A stretch of 39,574 nt of DNA from Candidatus Sumerlaeaceae bacterium (GCA_051003195.1 JBPCLP010000027.1:1-39574), one strand, 5' to 3'; counted from the first letter of the stretch, positions 26,379 to 36,387 are shown. Translations and numbers: made by a program. The notes: generated by a model not told the origin, from the letters alone.

Positions 26379-28391
26379 TCACGCGGCCTCCCGCGCTTTC
26401 AGGTGCACCATCAGCACACTAATGTCCGCCGGGTTTACGCCGGCTATACGGCTCGCCTGACCCAGCGTCTCGGGACGCGCCGCGGCAAGCTTTTGCGTCG
26501 CCTCCGCGCGCAACCCACGCACACGCGTGTATTCCAGGTCCAGGGGAAGGCGAGTGCCTTCCAGCCGCGACGCGCGCGCGACCTGCTCGTGCTGGCGCGC
26601 GATGTAGCCTTCGTACTTGATCGCCAGCTCAACCTGCTCCGCCACCCGGGGGGCCGTAGTTACATGGGAGGTAGGCGAAGAATGTGAGTTATAGGTCTCA
26701 TAAGTCCCATAGGACTTATAGGTCTCATTGGACCCATTAAGCTCAGCGATCGCATTAGCTCCATCATACTCATTTTCCCCATCACTCGCATCCTGCTGTC
26801 CCGCCAGACCCAGCCGCACCAGGTCGCAATACCCAATCTCCGGTCGGGAAAGCAACTGGCTCACGCGCACGCTCTTCTGCAAATCCTCGAGCCCATATTC
26901 TTCTGCGATATCGGGGGGCAGCTCGCTCGGGCGCACAAACGTGTTCTTCAGCCGTTCCACCTCGCGATCGATTCCCTCGCGGTACCGCTGAAAACGGTCA
27001 TACCGGGAATCGTCGACCAGCCCCAGCCGCTTCGCGTGGTCCATCAGCCGCAGGTCCGCGTTATCCTGGCGCAGCAGCAGGCGGTACTCCGCGCGCGAGG
27101 TAAACATCCGGTACGGCTCGCGATGCTCCTTCGTCACCAGGTCATCTACCAGCACACCGATGTACGCCTCATCGCGACGCAGCGTAAACGTTTCCTGCCC
27201 GCGCATTCCGAGTACCGCGTTCACCCCTGCAATCAGGCCCTGCGCCGCCGCCTCCTCGTATCCCGTCGTGCCATTTATCTGTCCCGCGAGGAAGAGTCCC
27301 GGCACGTCCTTCACTTCCATGCTGGCGCCAATCTGCGACGGCGGCACAAACGTATACTCGATGGCATAACCCACGCGCGTTATATGCGCCTGCTCCAGCC
27401 CGCGGATGCTGTTGATAAACGCGCGCTGCACGTCTTCCGGCAACGATGTGCTCATTCCGTTTACGTAAATCTCGCTGGTGGTCAGGCCCTCCGGCTCGAG
27501 GAAAATCTGGTGGCGGTCCTTGTCGGCAAAGCGCACGCACTTGTCCTCGATCGACGGACAATACCGCGGGCCGACACTGTGGATCCGACCGCCGTACATT
27601 GCGCTGCGATCCAGGTTATCGGTGATGATCTTGTGCGTCGTCTCGTTGGTGTAAGTAATATGGCACGGCACCTGGCGCAGCGGGATGCGCTCGGTCATAT
27701 ACGAAAACGGCGACGGCGGATCATCGCCCGGCTGCTCTTCCAGGATATCCCAGTTAATGGTCCGCTTGTCGAGCCGCGGCGGTGTTCCGGTCTTTAGTCG
27801 ACCCGTCGTCAATCCGAGATCGAGAAAGCTGCGCGACAACTGGTCCGCACTGCATTCTCCTGCGCGCCCGCCACTATACGACTTACTGCCGACATGAATT
27901 AGTCCATCCAGGAATGTTCCCGTCGTGATGATAACTGCCGCACATTCCACGCGCATACCGTAATCCAGTTCCACAGCACAAATGCGCGGGCGAATTCCGT
28001 CTGATGTGTACACTAGTCGCGAAACTTCGCCTTGCATCAGTTCCAGGTTCGGCACGTTCTCCAAAAACTGCTTCATCCACTGGCTGTACAGCCGCTTATC
28101 GCTCTGGGCCCGCGGGGCCCGAACCGCTGGCCCCTTGCTCATGTTGAGCATCCGGAACTGGATACCGGTCTCGTCGGTTGCCCGCGCCATAATGCCACCC
28201 AGCGCGTCGATCTCCCGAACCAGATGACCCTTCGCCAGGCCACCCACCGCCGGGTTACAGCTCATCCGCGCGATGTGATCCAGGTTCATCGTCAGCAGCA
28301 GAGTGCGCGCGCCCATTCGAGCCGAAGCGTAAGCTGCCTCGCACCCGGCGTGTCCTGCGCCAATCACGATGATATCGTACTTCTCAGCCAT
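26379..28391 (-). CDS. mnmG: tRNA uridine-5-carboxymethylaminomethyl modification enzyme MnmG (GidA), with a ~45-aa insertion
   Basis: GAGHAGCEAA, MSCNPAVGG, RLKTGTPPR, GPRYCPSIEDK, AGQINGTTGYEEAAAQG, EPYRMFTSRAEYRL. Start at MAEKYDIIVIG. Confidence 0.98.
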   Translation of the reverse strand: MAEKYDIIVIGAGHAGCEAAYASARMGARTLLLTMNLDHIARMSCNPAVGGLAKGHLVREIDALGGIMARATDETGIQFRMLNMSKGPAVRAPRAQSDKRLYSQWMKQFLENVPNLELMQGEVSRLVYTSDGIRPRICAVELDYGMRVECAAVIITTGTFLDGLIHVGSKSYSGGRAGECSADQLSRSFLDLGLTTGRLKTGTPPRLDKRTINWDILEEQPGDDPPSPFSYMTERIPLRQVPCHITYTNETTHKIITDNLDRSAMYGGRIHSVGPRYCPSIEDKCVRFADKDRHQIFLEPEGLTTSEIYVNGMSTSLPEDVQRAFINSIRGLEQAHITRVGYAIEYTFVPPSQIGASMEVKDVPGLFLAGQINGTTGYEEAAAQGLIAGVNAVLGMRGQETFTLRRDEAYIGVLVDDLVTKEHREPYRMFTSRAEYRLLLRQDNADLRLMDHAKRLGLVDDSRYDRFQRYREGIDREVERLKNTFVRPSELPPDIAEEYGLEDLQKSVRVSQLLSRPEIGYCDLVRLGLAGQQDASDGENEYDGANAIAELNGSNETYKSYGTYETYNSHSSPTSHVTTAPRVAEQVELAIKYEGYIARQHEQVARASRLEGTRLPLDLEYTRVRGLRAEATQKLAAARPETLGQASRIAGVNPADISVLMVHLKAREAA
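26655..26800. repeat. 9-bp period degenerate repeat array inserted in frame in mnmG
   Basis: Units ttataggtc tcataagtc ccataggac ttataggtc tcattggac ccattaagc ... ccatcatac tcattttcc ccatcactc gcatcctgc. TTATAGGTCTCAT recurs 27 bp apart (26689, 26716). Confidence 0.8.
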
Positions 28392-28450
28392 ACCGAAGAC
28401 AGCATACCATAAGTCGTCTGCCGAATTTCCCCGTAGTGGGTAGTGTCGCT

Positions 28451-28514
28451 CCGGATATCGGGATTGGCAGCGGGATCGTGAGGGGGATCCGTATCTGCGA
28501 TCCAGATCGGAATG
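28451..28514. repeat. Degenerate hexamer (GGGATC/GATCCC-type) array upstream of mnmG
   Basis: gatatc gggatt ggcagc gggatc gtgagg gggatc cgtatc tgcgat ccagat cggaat. Confidence 0.5.
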
Positions 28515-28570
28515 CCGCCGCTGTCCATGCTGCGACAAAAACACAGGGGCCTTCCCGCGCTTTTAGATAC

Positions 28571-28610
28571 GAACATCGGGCTGGCAAGGGATGCCAGCCC
28601 GATGTTCTTT
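28571..28610. other. Perfect 16-bp stem hairpin (terminator- or REP-like) between divergent genes
   Basis: GAACATCGGGCTGGCA-AGGGA-TGCCAGCCCGATGTTC followed by TTT. Confidence 0.75.
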
Positions 28611-28686
28611 GTCCAAAGTGGGTTTTATTAAACCGGTTTAAAATGAGGATTGATTCCAAAGGTACTTCCAGGTGCCTGGAACCCGG

Positions 28687-31449
28687 ATGCACAAAACCCA
28701 CCAAATCCACACACGCCTTGTCACGATCGCGATTGTCGCCCTCGCATTCTACGCAAACACAGCTGCTTTCGGTGGATTTGTTTCGCCCGCTGACTGGCGC
28801 GACGAATCCATTTATCAGATTATCACCGACCGCTGGGATGATGGCGACTCCAGCAACAACTCTCTTGGTACCACGTTCAACCCGTCGAACGGCTTCAATT
28901 CCCACGGTGGAGATTTCAAAGGCCTTACACGCCGCATCCCCTACTTAAAGGCGCTTGGCGTTACCTCCGTCTGGATTTCACCCATTCCTTCAAACAACAA
29001 CGGCGAATACCATGGATACGCTGCGGACGATTTTACCACAAGCGCCGCGCATTGGGGCCTTGTCACGCATCTCCAGGAGTTTACCGCGGCTGCGCACGCC
29101 AGCGGGATGCGGGTCGTTCTCGACGTCGTGACAAACCACGGCGGAAATCTTCTCAACGATAACTCTTACGTAGCCCCGCCGTCCGCCTACACGCTGACGT
29201 ACCGCAACGCTGTTCAGCATAAGGCCCCATTCAACTCGACCGCGTATTTTCACGCGCAGGGTAACATCGGGTCCTTCACCGATCCTGAACAGATTCTAGG
29301 TGAGCTGTTCGGACTCGACGATTTAAAAACCGAAGATGCTTACGTGCGCGCGCAGATGGCGCAGATTTACTCGAACTGGATCGCTCTGTGTGACCTCGAT
29401 GGCTTTCGCATCGATACGGTCAAGCACGTGGAACTCGCGTTTTGGCAGAACTGGTGTCCGCTGATTCGGGCCAATGCGGCTTCATTTGGCAAATCCAACT
29501 TCTTCATGTTCGCGGAAGTCTACGATGGCTCCGACACTTTCGTCGGCAAGTACACGGGCACAAAGGGCGGGGGCGCATTTGCTCACGATTCCGCGCTCGA
29601 TTATCCGCTCTACTTCGCAACCAATAATGTGTTTGCCAGCGCTGGCAGCGGCGCACAGGACATTGTGAATCACTACAACTCGATCAGCTCGAACTACGAC
29701 GCTGCGGCGCAGTCCCGCCTGGTCACATTCCTCGATAACCACGATCAATCGCGGTTCCTGAATTCCGCGCATGCGAATGGAAACACCGCCCGATTGGAGG
29801 CAGCGCTCGTATTCCAGCTCACCAGCCTGGGCGTACCGTGCGTATATTATGGTACAGAGCAACGTTTCAACGGCGGCGGCGACCCCAGCAACCGGGAAGA
29901 TATGTTCGACGGCAGCTACGAGCAGGGGCCCAGCCTTGGTAACAATTTCGACCAGGTCACGCCGACCTTTCGGCTTATGCGCCACCTTAACCAGTTCCGG
30001 CGTGACTATGCCCCCATACGCCGAGGTACGTTGACCGTGCGCGAGGTGCACGCGTCGCCTGACATCTTTGCCTACTCCCGCATCTTCTCCGGACAGGAGG
30101 TGCTGGTTGCAGTCAATACGTCCGACTCCGCGCAAACCGCTTCTGCGTGGCAGACGTCCTGGTCAAATGGTACCGTCGTCAAAGACGCTTTTGATGCGGC
30201 ATTCACAGCGATCGTAAATGCCTCCGGGCAGATTATAGCGGGTACCGCCCTGCCTGCTAATGGCTATCGGCTGCTTATGCCGCAGGCCAACGTAGTTACT
30301 CTTGATCCGGAAGTCACTGCATGCAGCGCAGCCATGGGAGCAACGCTGGCAAATGTCAGCACCACCGTCACACTCACGTTCAATCGCCCGATGAACCAGG
30401 CTTCCGTCGCTTCCGCGCTAAGCTTCACCCCAGCCGGAACCGCAGCAACACTCGCCTGGAACGGCGCCAGCGACCAGGTCACCATAACGCCTGCGGGCGG
30501 TGCATGGCCCGGCTCATCCAGCTTGTCGCTTCTTATTGCTGAAATTGCACTCGACCAGCTCGGGCTTTCGCTCCGCGGCGGATTCGAGCGAGAGTTCAAA
30601 ACGCCGGCCGCTCCGGATAATTCGGGTATCGAGGGCACCATCTCGGGGGACTCGCGGTGGGGAAGTGCGCTCGCGACGCAAACTGTTAAAACCCAGTTCG
30701 GCGATAATGCCAACTCCGCGCCCGACCAGAATTCCGGCGGCAGCGAAGCCAACCAGCTCTTCGTCACGGATACAGTTTCCGATCTGTTCGTCGCAGTATC
30801 CGGTGCCCTCGAGTTGAACGGAAATGCGCTGAACCTTTTCTTCGATACCGACGGCGCCGCCGGCGGAGTCACAACCCTTACTACCGGATCGTCGCCATTC
30901 CTCAATGGCCAGAGCGCCGCAGGAACCATCATGCCCACAAACTTCAAAACCGACCTGATCGTGCAGGTTCAGCTCGGCGCGCCGCAGCAGTTGCTCACCA
31001 TTAAAGCCTACAAGTGGAACACCGCCGGCCAACTCGTAAACGAAGCGACCGTTGGAGCTGTCGCCGGAGCTGCGGGCCAGCCCACCCGCGGACAAACAAC
31101 AGGAACCATTGCGGGCCAGAGTTACTCTTTCCGTGCGGGGTACGATAACAGCCACACCGGCGCGGTCGGTGCGGGTACCGGATCACCGTGGACCGCGTCA
31201 CCCAATGGAGCCGGCGCTGCATCTGGTCTCGAGATCCAAATTCCAAAACTACTTCTCGGCGCCGGGCCATACCGTATTTTTACAGGTATTTCTGGCAGCA
31301 CGGGATACTGGTCCAACCAGTTTCTTCCCCCCATGACTCCCGCCGGCAATCTCGCCTGGGCGCCCAACTTCGCTATCGCGGGCGTCACATTCGTCACCTA
31401 CAACCCCACCTTTGTCCCGGTCTCTCTTACGCACTTCGAACTCTACTAA
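28687..31449 (+). CDS. Secreted GH13 alpha-amylase-family enzyme with an Ig-like domain, an accessory beta domain and a terminal PVxLxxF motif
   Basis: Signal peptide, IYQIITDRW, GGDFKGL, YHGY, DVVTNH, DGFRIDTVKH, EVYD, FLDNHD, YYGTEQ. Big_5-like 'VTLTFNRPMNQASV'. Ends VPVSLTHFELY. Confidence 0.93.
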   Translation: MHKTHQIHTRLVTIAIVALAFYANTAAFGGFVSPADWRDESIYQIITDRWDDGDSSNNSLGTTFNPSNGFNSHGGDFKGLTRRIPYLKALGVTSVWISPIPSNNNGEYHGYAADDFTTSAAHWGLVTHLQEFTAAAHASGMRVVLDVVTNHGGNLLNDNSYVAPPSAYTLTYRNAVQHKAPFNSTAYFHAQGNIGSFTDPEQILGELFGLDDLKTEDAYVRAQMAQIYSNWIALCDLDGFRIDTVKHVELAFWQNWCPLIRANAASFGKSNFFMFAEVYDGSDTFVGKYTGTKGGGAFAHDSALDYPLYFATNNVFASAGSGAQDIVNHYNSISSNYDAAAQSRLVTFLDNHDQSRFLNSAHANGNTARLEAALVFQLTSLGVPCVYYGTEQRFNGGGDPSNREDMFDGSYEQGPSLGNNFDQVTPTFRLMRHLNQFRRDYAPIRRGTLTVREVHASPDIFAYSRIFSGQEVLVAVNTSDSAQTASAWQTSWSNGTVVKDAFDAAFTAIVNASGQIIAGTALPANGYRLLMPQANVVTLDPEVTACSAAMGATLANVSTTVTLTFNRPMNQASVASALSFTPAGTAATLAWNGASDQVTITPAGGAWPGSSSLSLLIAEIALDQLGLSLRGGFEREFKTPAAPDNSGIEGTISGDSRWGSALATQTVKTQFGDNANSAPDQNSGGSEANQLFVTDTVSDLFVAVSGALELNGNALNLFFDTDGAAGGVTTLTTGSSPFLNGQSAAGTIMPTNFKTDLIVQVQLGAPQQLLTIKAYKWNTAGQLVNEATVGAVAGAAGQPTRGQTTGTIAGQSYSFRAGYDNSHTGAVGAGTGSPWTASPNGAGAASGLEIQIPKLLLGAGPYRIFTGISGSTGYWSNQFLPPMTPAGNLAWAPNFAIAGVTFVTYNPTFVPVSLTHFELY

Positions 31450-31522
31450 CCACGCATTCTGTTTCTTGACCCATGCGCCGCTCGCGGGTGCGTTTCACGT
31501 ATCTTCGGCCACTGAGACCCAA

Positions 31523-32911
31523 ATGAACCGCCACTTCTTTCTTCTCCTTCTAATGCTCCAATCGTTCGCGACGAACTGCCTCTCACAAAGTTTGCCCACT
31601 TCTTCCTCAACTCTAACTACCACGTCCACCCGGCCGAATATCATTTTCATAATCAGCGATGACCACCGCTGGGATGCACTTGGTGTGGTTCAACGTGAAC
31701 AGGCCGAACGCGCTCGCTTTCCCTGGTTTAAAACTCCGCATTTGGATCGCATCGCATCGGAAGGCGCGCGGTTTCGAAACGCGTTCGTGGTACAGTCATT
31801 GTGTTCACCCAGCCGGGCCGCCTTTCTCACAGGGCAATACAGTCACCGCCACGGCGTGAAAGACAACTCGACGGAGCTGCGGTCCGATTTGCCCAACTGG
31901 GCGGCCGCTCTGCGCGAAGCCGGCTACTCTACCGGCTATTTCGGCAAATGGCACATGAACAGCCAGCGTGAGCGGCCCGGGTTCTCTACCGTCTATAGCT
32001 ACGTCGGCCAGGGAATATACGATAACTGCCCCGTCATGGCCGACGGCGAGGACACATCCACCACCGGCTGGATCGATGACGTGGTCACCAGTAAGGCAAT
32101 CGAGTTCATCGAGCAGCATCCCGCGAGCCCGTTCGCAATTGTCCTCGGTTTTAAGACGCCGCATGACCCGCGTACTCCTCCAACGCGCCGCGCGAACGAT
32201 TATGCGCACATCGAAATTGGACCGCCGGCCAGCTATCGGGACCTTCCGCCATTTCTCACGGCTATCGGCGTGCATCCGGTCGATTATATAAAGCGACAGC
32301 AAGACTGGCTCAATTACTTCCGTTGCCTGGCCGCCATGGACGATGCAATCGGCAGTTTGCTGCACACGCTCGACAAAACCGGCCTCACAGAGAATACAAT
32401 CCTTATCTACGCTGGCGACAACGGCTTCTACCTTGGTGAGCACGGCATGGACGATAAGCGCAACGCGCATGAGGAAAGCATCCGCATTCCCTTCCTTGCC
32501 CGCTACCCGAAGCTAATTAAATCCGGCACGCTCATCAACGAGGTAACGCTGAACATTGACATGGCGTCCACGCTACTCGAACTCGCCGGGCTGAAATCGC
32601 AGCCCGGCATGCAGGGCCGGAGCTGGCTTCCCCTCGTACGAGGGGAAAGCGTCGCCGATTGGCGCACCACCTTTTTCTACGAGTCCTTCAAGGACTCCGC
32701 ATACCCAAAGGTAACTGTCGACCTTGAGGCCGTTCGCACACCTACAGCAAAACTCATCCTTTACCCAGGTCACGACGACTGGACCGAGCTCTACGACCTG
32801 GCGAAAGATCCCTCCGAGCGCAAGAATCTCGTTAGCGACTCGTCGGCCACGCAACTCATGAGCTCCATGCAAAAAGTTTTGGATCAACACAGACGCCCTT
32901 CGGGGTTATAA
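31523..32911 (+). CDS. Secreted formylglycine-dependent sulfatase (GlcNAc-6-sulfatase-like)
   Basis: RPNIIFIISDDHR, SLCSPSRAAFLTG (CxPxR), GKWHM, GDNGFYLGEHG, ELYDL..DPSE. Confidence 0.93.
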   Translation: MNRHFFLLLLMLQSFATNCLSQSLPTSSSTLTTTSTRPNIIFIISDDHRWDALGVVQREQAERARFPWFKTPHLDRIASEGARFRNAFVVQSLCSPSRAAFLTGQYSHRHGVKDNSTELRSDLPNWAAALREAGYSTGYFGKWHMNSQRERPGFSTVYSYVGQGIYDNCPVMADGEDTSTTGWIDDVVTSKAIEFIEQHPASPFAIVLGFKTPHDPRTPPTRRANDYAHIEIGPPASYRDLPPFLTAIGVHPVDYIKRQQDWLNYFRCLAAMDDAIGSLLHTLDKTGLTENTILIYAGDNGFYLGEHGMDDKRNAHEESIRIPFLARYPKLIKSGTLINEVTLNIDMASTLLELAGLKSQPGMQGRSWLPLVRGESVADWRTTFFYESFKDSAYPKVTVDLEAVRTPTAKLILYPGHDDWTELYDLAKDPSERKNLVSDSSATQLMSSMQKVLDQHRRPSGL

Positions 32912-33079
32912 ACCACTCATAACATTACAGATTGGTTACCACGTTCGCTGCCCCGCTTTTCTCGCAATCTCAGCGCAAATTTCTTGCGAAACACTTTCAG
33001 ACCGACATATAAGAAGAAGTTGAATTAAGTCTGGATCGGATCGCGCCCGATTCTCGAGTAACATAGAAGAGGATTCACC

Positions 33080-35386
33080 ATGCGACGTTTGTCTGCTGTG
33101 GCGCTACTTTGCATTACCATTTTCGCCGGCCTCGTATCAACAGCCTTTGCCGAAGAACCTCGATTCACCCTGACTAAATTGGTGAACCCCGCCAGTAGCG
33201 GTGAAATTGGCGCCCAGCCGCTGCCCGGATCGGATGGCAAATACTCCTCCGGCACGATCGTCACATTGACGGCCTACCCTGCCGCGGGCTATGCTTTTGC
33301 ACACTGGAGCGCCGGCAGTCTCGGTACGAATAACACCATAGGTTCCGATAATCCCAGACATATCCTCGTTAACGAAAACAAAACGATCACCGCGAACTTC
33401 GTATTGTCCAACGTTGAGCCGCGTTATACCTTAACGAAAACCGTCAATCCGCAGGGGTACGGTGAGATAGGCCTGGAGCCACCTCCGGGCCAGGACGGCA
33501 AGTACAGTTCCGGCACCCTGGTTACCCTGACCGCCTATCCAGCAGCGGGCAAGCTGTTCTCCTACTGGAGCGGCGCGCTCACCGGTTCACAAAATCCCCG
33601 GCAGCTGCTTATGAATAACAACAAATCGGTGACAGCGAACTTCGCCACGGAGCAGCCGCGGTTTACCCTGACTAAAATTGTCAATCCCCAGGGCTCGGGC
33701 GAAATCGGCGTGCAGCCTCCACCTGGCACCGATGGCAAGTACAGCTCGGGCACCATCGTGACGCTCACGGCCTATCCTGCGCAGGGCTATGGTTTCAGCG
33801 GCTGGAACACGGGATCGAACAGCGCACTCATTTCGCAGAACCCCATCCAGATAACGATCCGCGAAGACCGCACCGTTACTGGATACTTTGTCCAGCTGGA
33901 GGGAACGCCGCGCTTCTCCCTGACAACAGAAGTGAATCCCAACGGATCCGGACACGTGGCCTTGTCGCCGCTGCCTGGTAGCGATGGCAAGTATTCGTCT
34001 GGCACCATTGTCCGGATGACCGCACAACCCGCGCCCGGCTACTTCTTCTTCGGCTGGTCTGGCGGAGGCAGCGGTCCTCAACCCGCCGTCATCAACACCG
34101 AAAACCCGCGCCACGTACACATGCTCGAGAACTTGAGCTTCATCGCGTACTTCGAGCCCCAGCAGGAGCCGCCGCGGTTCAGCCTGGCCAAGAGCGTAAA
34201 CCCACCGGGCTCGGGTGAAATTTCCGTGCAGCCATTGCCAGGGTCTGACGGCAAGTACACCTCCGGAACGATCGTCACCCTGACCGCGCATCCCGCCGCC
34301 GGGTTCACGTTCCATTCCTGGAGCGGGTCAGCGTCGGGCAACCAGAATCCTAAACAAATTCTCATGAACGAAAACAAATCTGTCACAGCGAACTTTGCGT
34401 CGCAGAACACAACTGTTCGCTTCACACTGACCAAGGGCGTGACACCAGCCGGTGCCGGCGAGATTGGCCTTCAGCCGCCGCCGGGGCTAGATGGCAAGTA
34501 CACGTCCGGCACGATCGTCACTGCGACTGCGCACGCATTTTCTGGATACTCGTTCTCACACTGGGCCGGCGCGTCGAACTCCACCAGCAACCCGATCCAA
34601 GTCAAAATGACCGAAAATAAGTCGATTACCGCCGTGTTCGAAACCGTCGCCGCACATTCGGCCGACGTCATGATCCACCTCGCGCTGTCCCACAATCCTG
34701 TCATCGTGCACACGCCTTACATCATGACGGTGCACGTCGCCAACCACGGCCCCAGTGAAGCGACTAACGCATACTTTGAAGTGCACCTGCCTGCGGGCGT
34801 CACCTACACGTCCTCAACGATCAGTCAGGGCGCCGTGGGCCTGCTCGCCAGCGGAGCGCTTCTCGGTAACCTCGGTTCGCTGCCTGCTGGTGGTCACGCC
34901 GTCGCCGGCCTCATCCTCGTGCCTCATACCACCGGCACGCTCGAATGCCACGCATCGGTCGATGCCGAGCAACCGGACCCCTACCTGCCGAACAACCAGG
35001 CCCACATCGCGGTTCGCGTGCTCAGCCAGTTCGTGGCATCACCCGACCTCGCCGGCTCGCCCGGAACCCTCACCCGCCGCGTGCTGTCCACCGGTTCGAA
35101 AATCGCCGGGAATTTCATTTTCTCGAACGACGGCGCGTTGCCATCCCGTAAATGCGTGGTGCACTACTATCTCTCGGCCGACGACATGCTCGACCCGAGC
35201 GATCAGCTCGTGCGCACCCAGGGGCTGGGAGCACTCCGCTCCGGCCGCGCCGTCAGCAAGAAGTTCAGCCTGAAGCTGCCCTCCAATGCCGAGGGTCAGC
35301 ACATCATTGGCGTGCTGGACCCGAACGAGGCAAACCTCGAGAACAACGAAGTGAACAACACCATCGTCTCACCGCCGGTACCCTAG
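33080..35386 (+). CDS. Secreted/surface protein with six InlB B-repeat-like domains, DUF11-like and CARDB-like domains
   Basis: GAAGGAG SD, signal peptide, six 'RF/YxLTK.VNP...G...DGKY(S/T)SGTIVTLTA.P..G..F..W.G....NP..I.M.ENKS.TA.F' units, 'V.NHGPSEATN...PNNQA', 'YYLSAD...ENNEVNN'. Confidence 0.88.
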   Translation: MRRLSAVALLCITIFAGLVSTAFAEEPRFTLTKLVNPASSGEIGAQPLPGSDGKYSSGTIVTLTAYPAAGYAFAHWSAGSLGTNNTIGSDNPRHILVNENKTITANFVLSNVEPRYTLTKTVNPQGYGEIGLEPPPGQDGKYSSGTLVTLTAYPAAGKLFSYWSGALTGSQNPRQLLMNNNKSVTANFATEQPRFTLTKIVNPQGSGEIGVQPPPGTDGKYSSGTIVTLTAYPAQGYGFSGWNTGSNSALISQNPIQITIREDRTVTGYFVQLEGTPRFSLTTEVNPNGSGHVALSPLPGSDGKYSSGTIVRMTAQPAPGYFFFGWSGGGSGPQPAVINTENPRHVHMLENLSFIAYFEPQQEPPRFSLAKSVNPPGSGEISVQPLPGSDGKYTSGTIVTLTAHPAAGFTFHSWSGSASGNQNPKQILMNENKSVTANFASQNTTVRFTLTKGVTPAGAGEIGLQPPPGLDGKYTSGTIVTATAHAFSGYSFSHWAGASNSTSNPIQVKMTENKSITAVFETVAAHSADVMIHLALSHNPVIVHTPYIMTVHVANHGPSEATNAYFEVHLPAGVTYTSSTISQGAVGLLASGALLGNLGSLPAGGHAVAGLILVPHTTGTLECHASVDAEQPDPYLPNNQAHIAVRVLSQFVASPDLAGSPGTLTRRVLSTGSKIAGNFIFSNDGALPSRKCVVHYYLSADDMLDPSDQLVRTQGLGALRSGRAVSKKFSLKLPSNAEGQHIIGVLDPNEANLENNEVNNTIVSPPVP

Positions 35387-35440
35387 TGTGCCGGAACTGA
35401 TTACGAACTAACGGTAGACCACACTCGCGCAGCGCCGGCG

Positions 35441-36385
35441 TTACGCAGGTGGAGAAGCGACGCGCGTGCGGAAGAACTCAATCGTGCGTTTGAGCCCTTC
35501 CTCCAGGGGCACCTGCGGCTCGTAGCCCAACACGGTGCGCGCCCGCGTCAGGTCGGGGCGGCGGCTCTTGGGGTCATCCATGGGCAGCTCCTTATGGACG
35601 ATCGGCTGTTCGCTGCCCGATAACTTTTTGATCAGCGCCGCAAACTCCAGCATGGTCATCTCGTACTCGGTGCCGATGTTGACGGGGTCGACCGCATCCG
35701 AATTCAGTAGCCGGAAAATGCCTTCCACCAGGTCCGTCACAAAACAGAAACTGCGCGTCTGCGTGCCCTGGCCGAAAACCGTCAGTGGCTCGTTGCGCAG
35801 CACCGACCCGATGAAGCTCGGCACCACGCGTCCATCGTCCAGGCGCATGCGCGGACCGTAGGTGTTGAAGATGCGCACGATGCGCGTCTGCAGGCCGTGG
35901 AAACGATGGTAGGCCATCGTGATCGCCTCGGCGAAGCGCTTCGCTTCGTCGTACACGCCCCGCGGACCCACTGTGTTCACGTTGCCCCAGTAGGTCTCGG
36001 GCTGCGGGTGCACCAGCGGATCGCCATAGATCTCGCTCGTGGACGCCAGCAGAAACCGCGCGCCTTTCGCCTTCGCCAGGCCCAGAGAATTGTGCGTGCC
36101 CAGGCTGCCGACCTTCAGCGTCGGGATCGGCATCCGCAAGTAGTCGATCGGGCTCGCCGGGCTGGCAAAGTGGAGCACATTGTCCACCTCGCCTTTCACG
36201 TAGATGTACTGCGAAACGTCGTGGTGCACGAAACTGAAACGCGGGTCGCGGATGTGGTCGATGTTCTCGATGGACCCGGTGATCAGGTTATCCATCGCGA
36301 TCACGTGGTGCCCTTCCGCCAGGAAACGCTCGCACAGGTGCGATCCCACAAATCCCGCGCCGCCGGTGATGAGAGTCGTCGGCAT
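35441..36385 (-). CDS. UDP-glucuronic acid decarboxylase (NAD-dependent epimerase/dehydratase, SDR)
   Basis: [34 protein letters not shown] (YxxxK), [19 protein letters not shown]. Confidence 0.93.
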   Translation of the reverse strand: MPTTLITGGAGFVGSHLCERFLAEGHHVIAMDNLITGSIENIDHIRDPRFSFVHHDVSQYIYVKGEVDNVLHFASPASPIDYLRMPIPTLKVGSLGTHNSLGLAKAKGARFLLASTSEIYGDPLVHPQPETYWGNVNTVGPRGVYDEAKRFAEAITMAYHRFHGLQTRIVRIFNTYGPRMRLDDGRVVPSFIGSVLRNEPLTVFGQGTQTRSFCFVTDLVEGIFRLLNSDAVDPVNIGTEYEMTMLEFAALIKKLSGSEQPIVHKELPMDDPKSRRPDLTRARTVLGYEPQVPLEEGLKRTIEFFRTRVASPPA

Positions 36386-36387
36386 TG

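Noticed and set aside
26313..26800. Repeats as a CRISPR array
   Set aside because: Units are 9/18-bp tandem without unique spacers, and no cas genes are in the window.
28392..28544. 51-aa N-terminal extension of MnmG
   Set aside because: The family N-terminus starts at MAEKYDIIVIG. The extension is read through promoter and hexamer repeat DNA.
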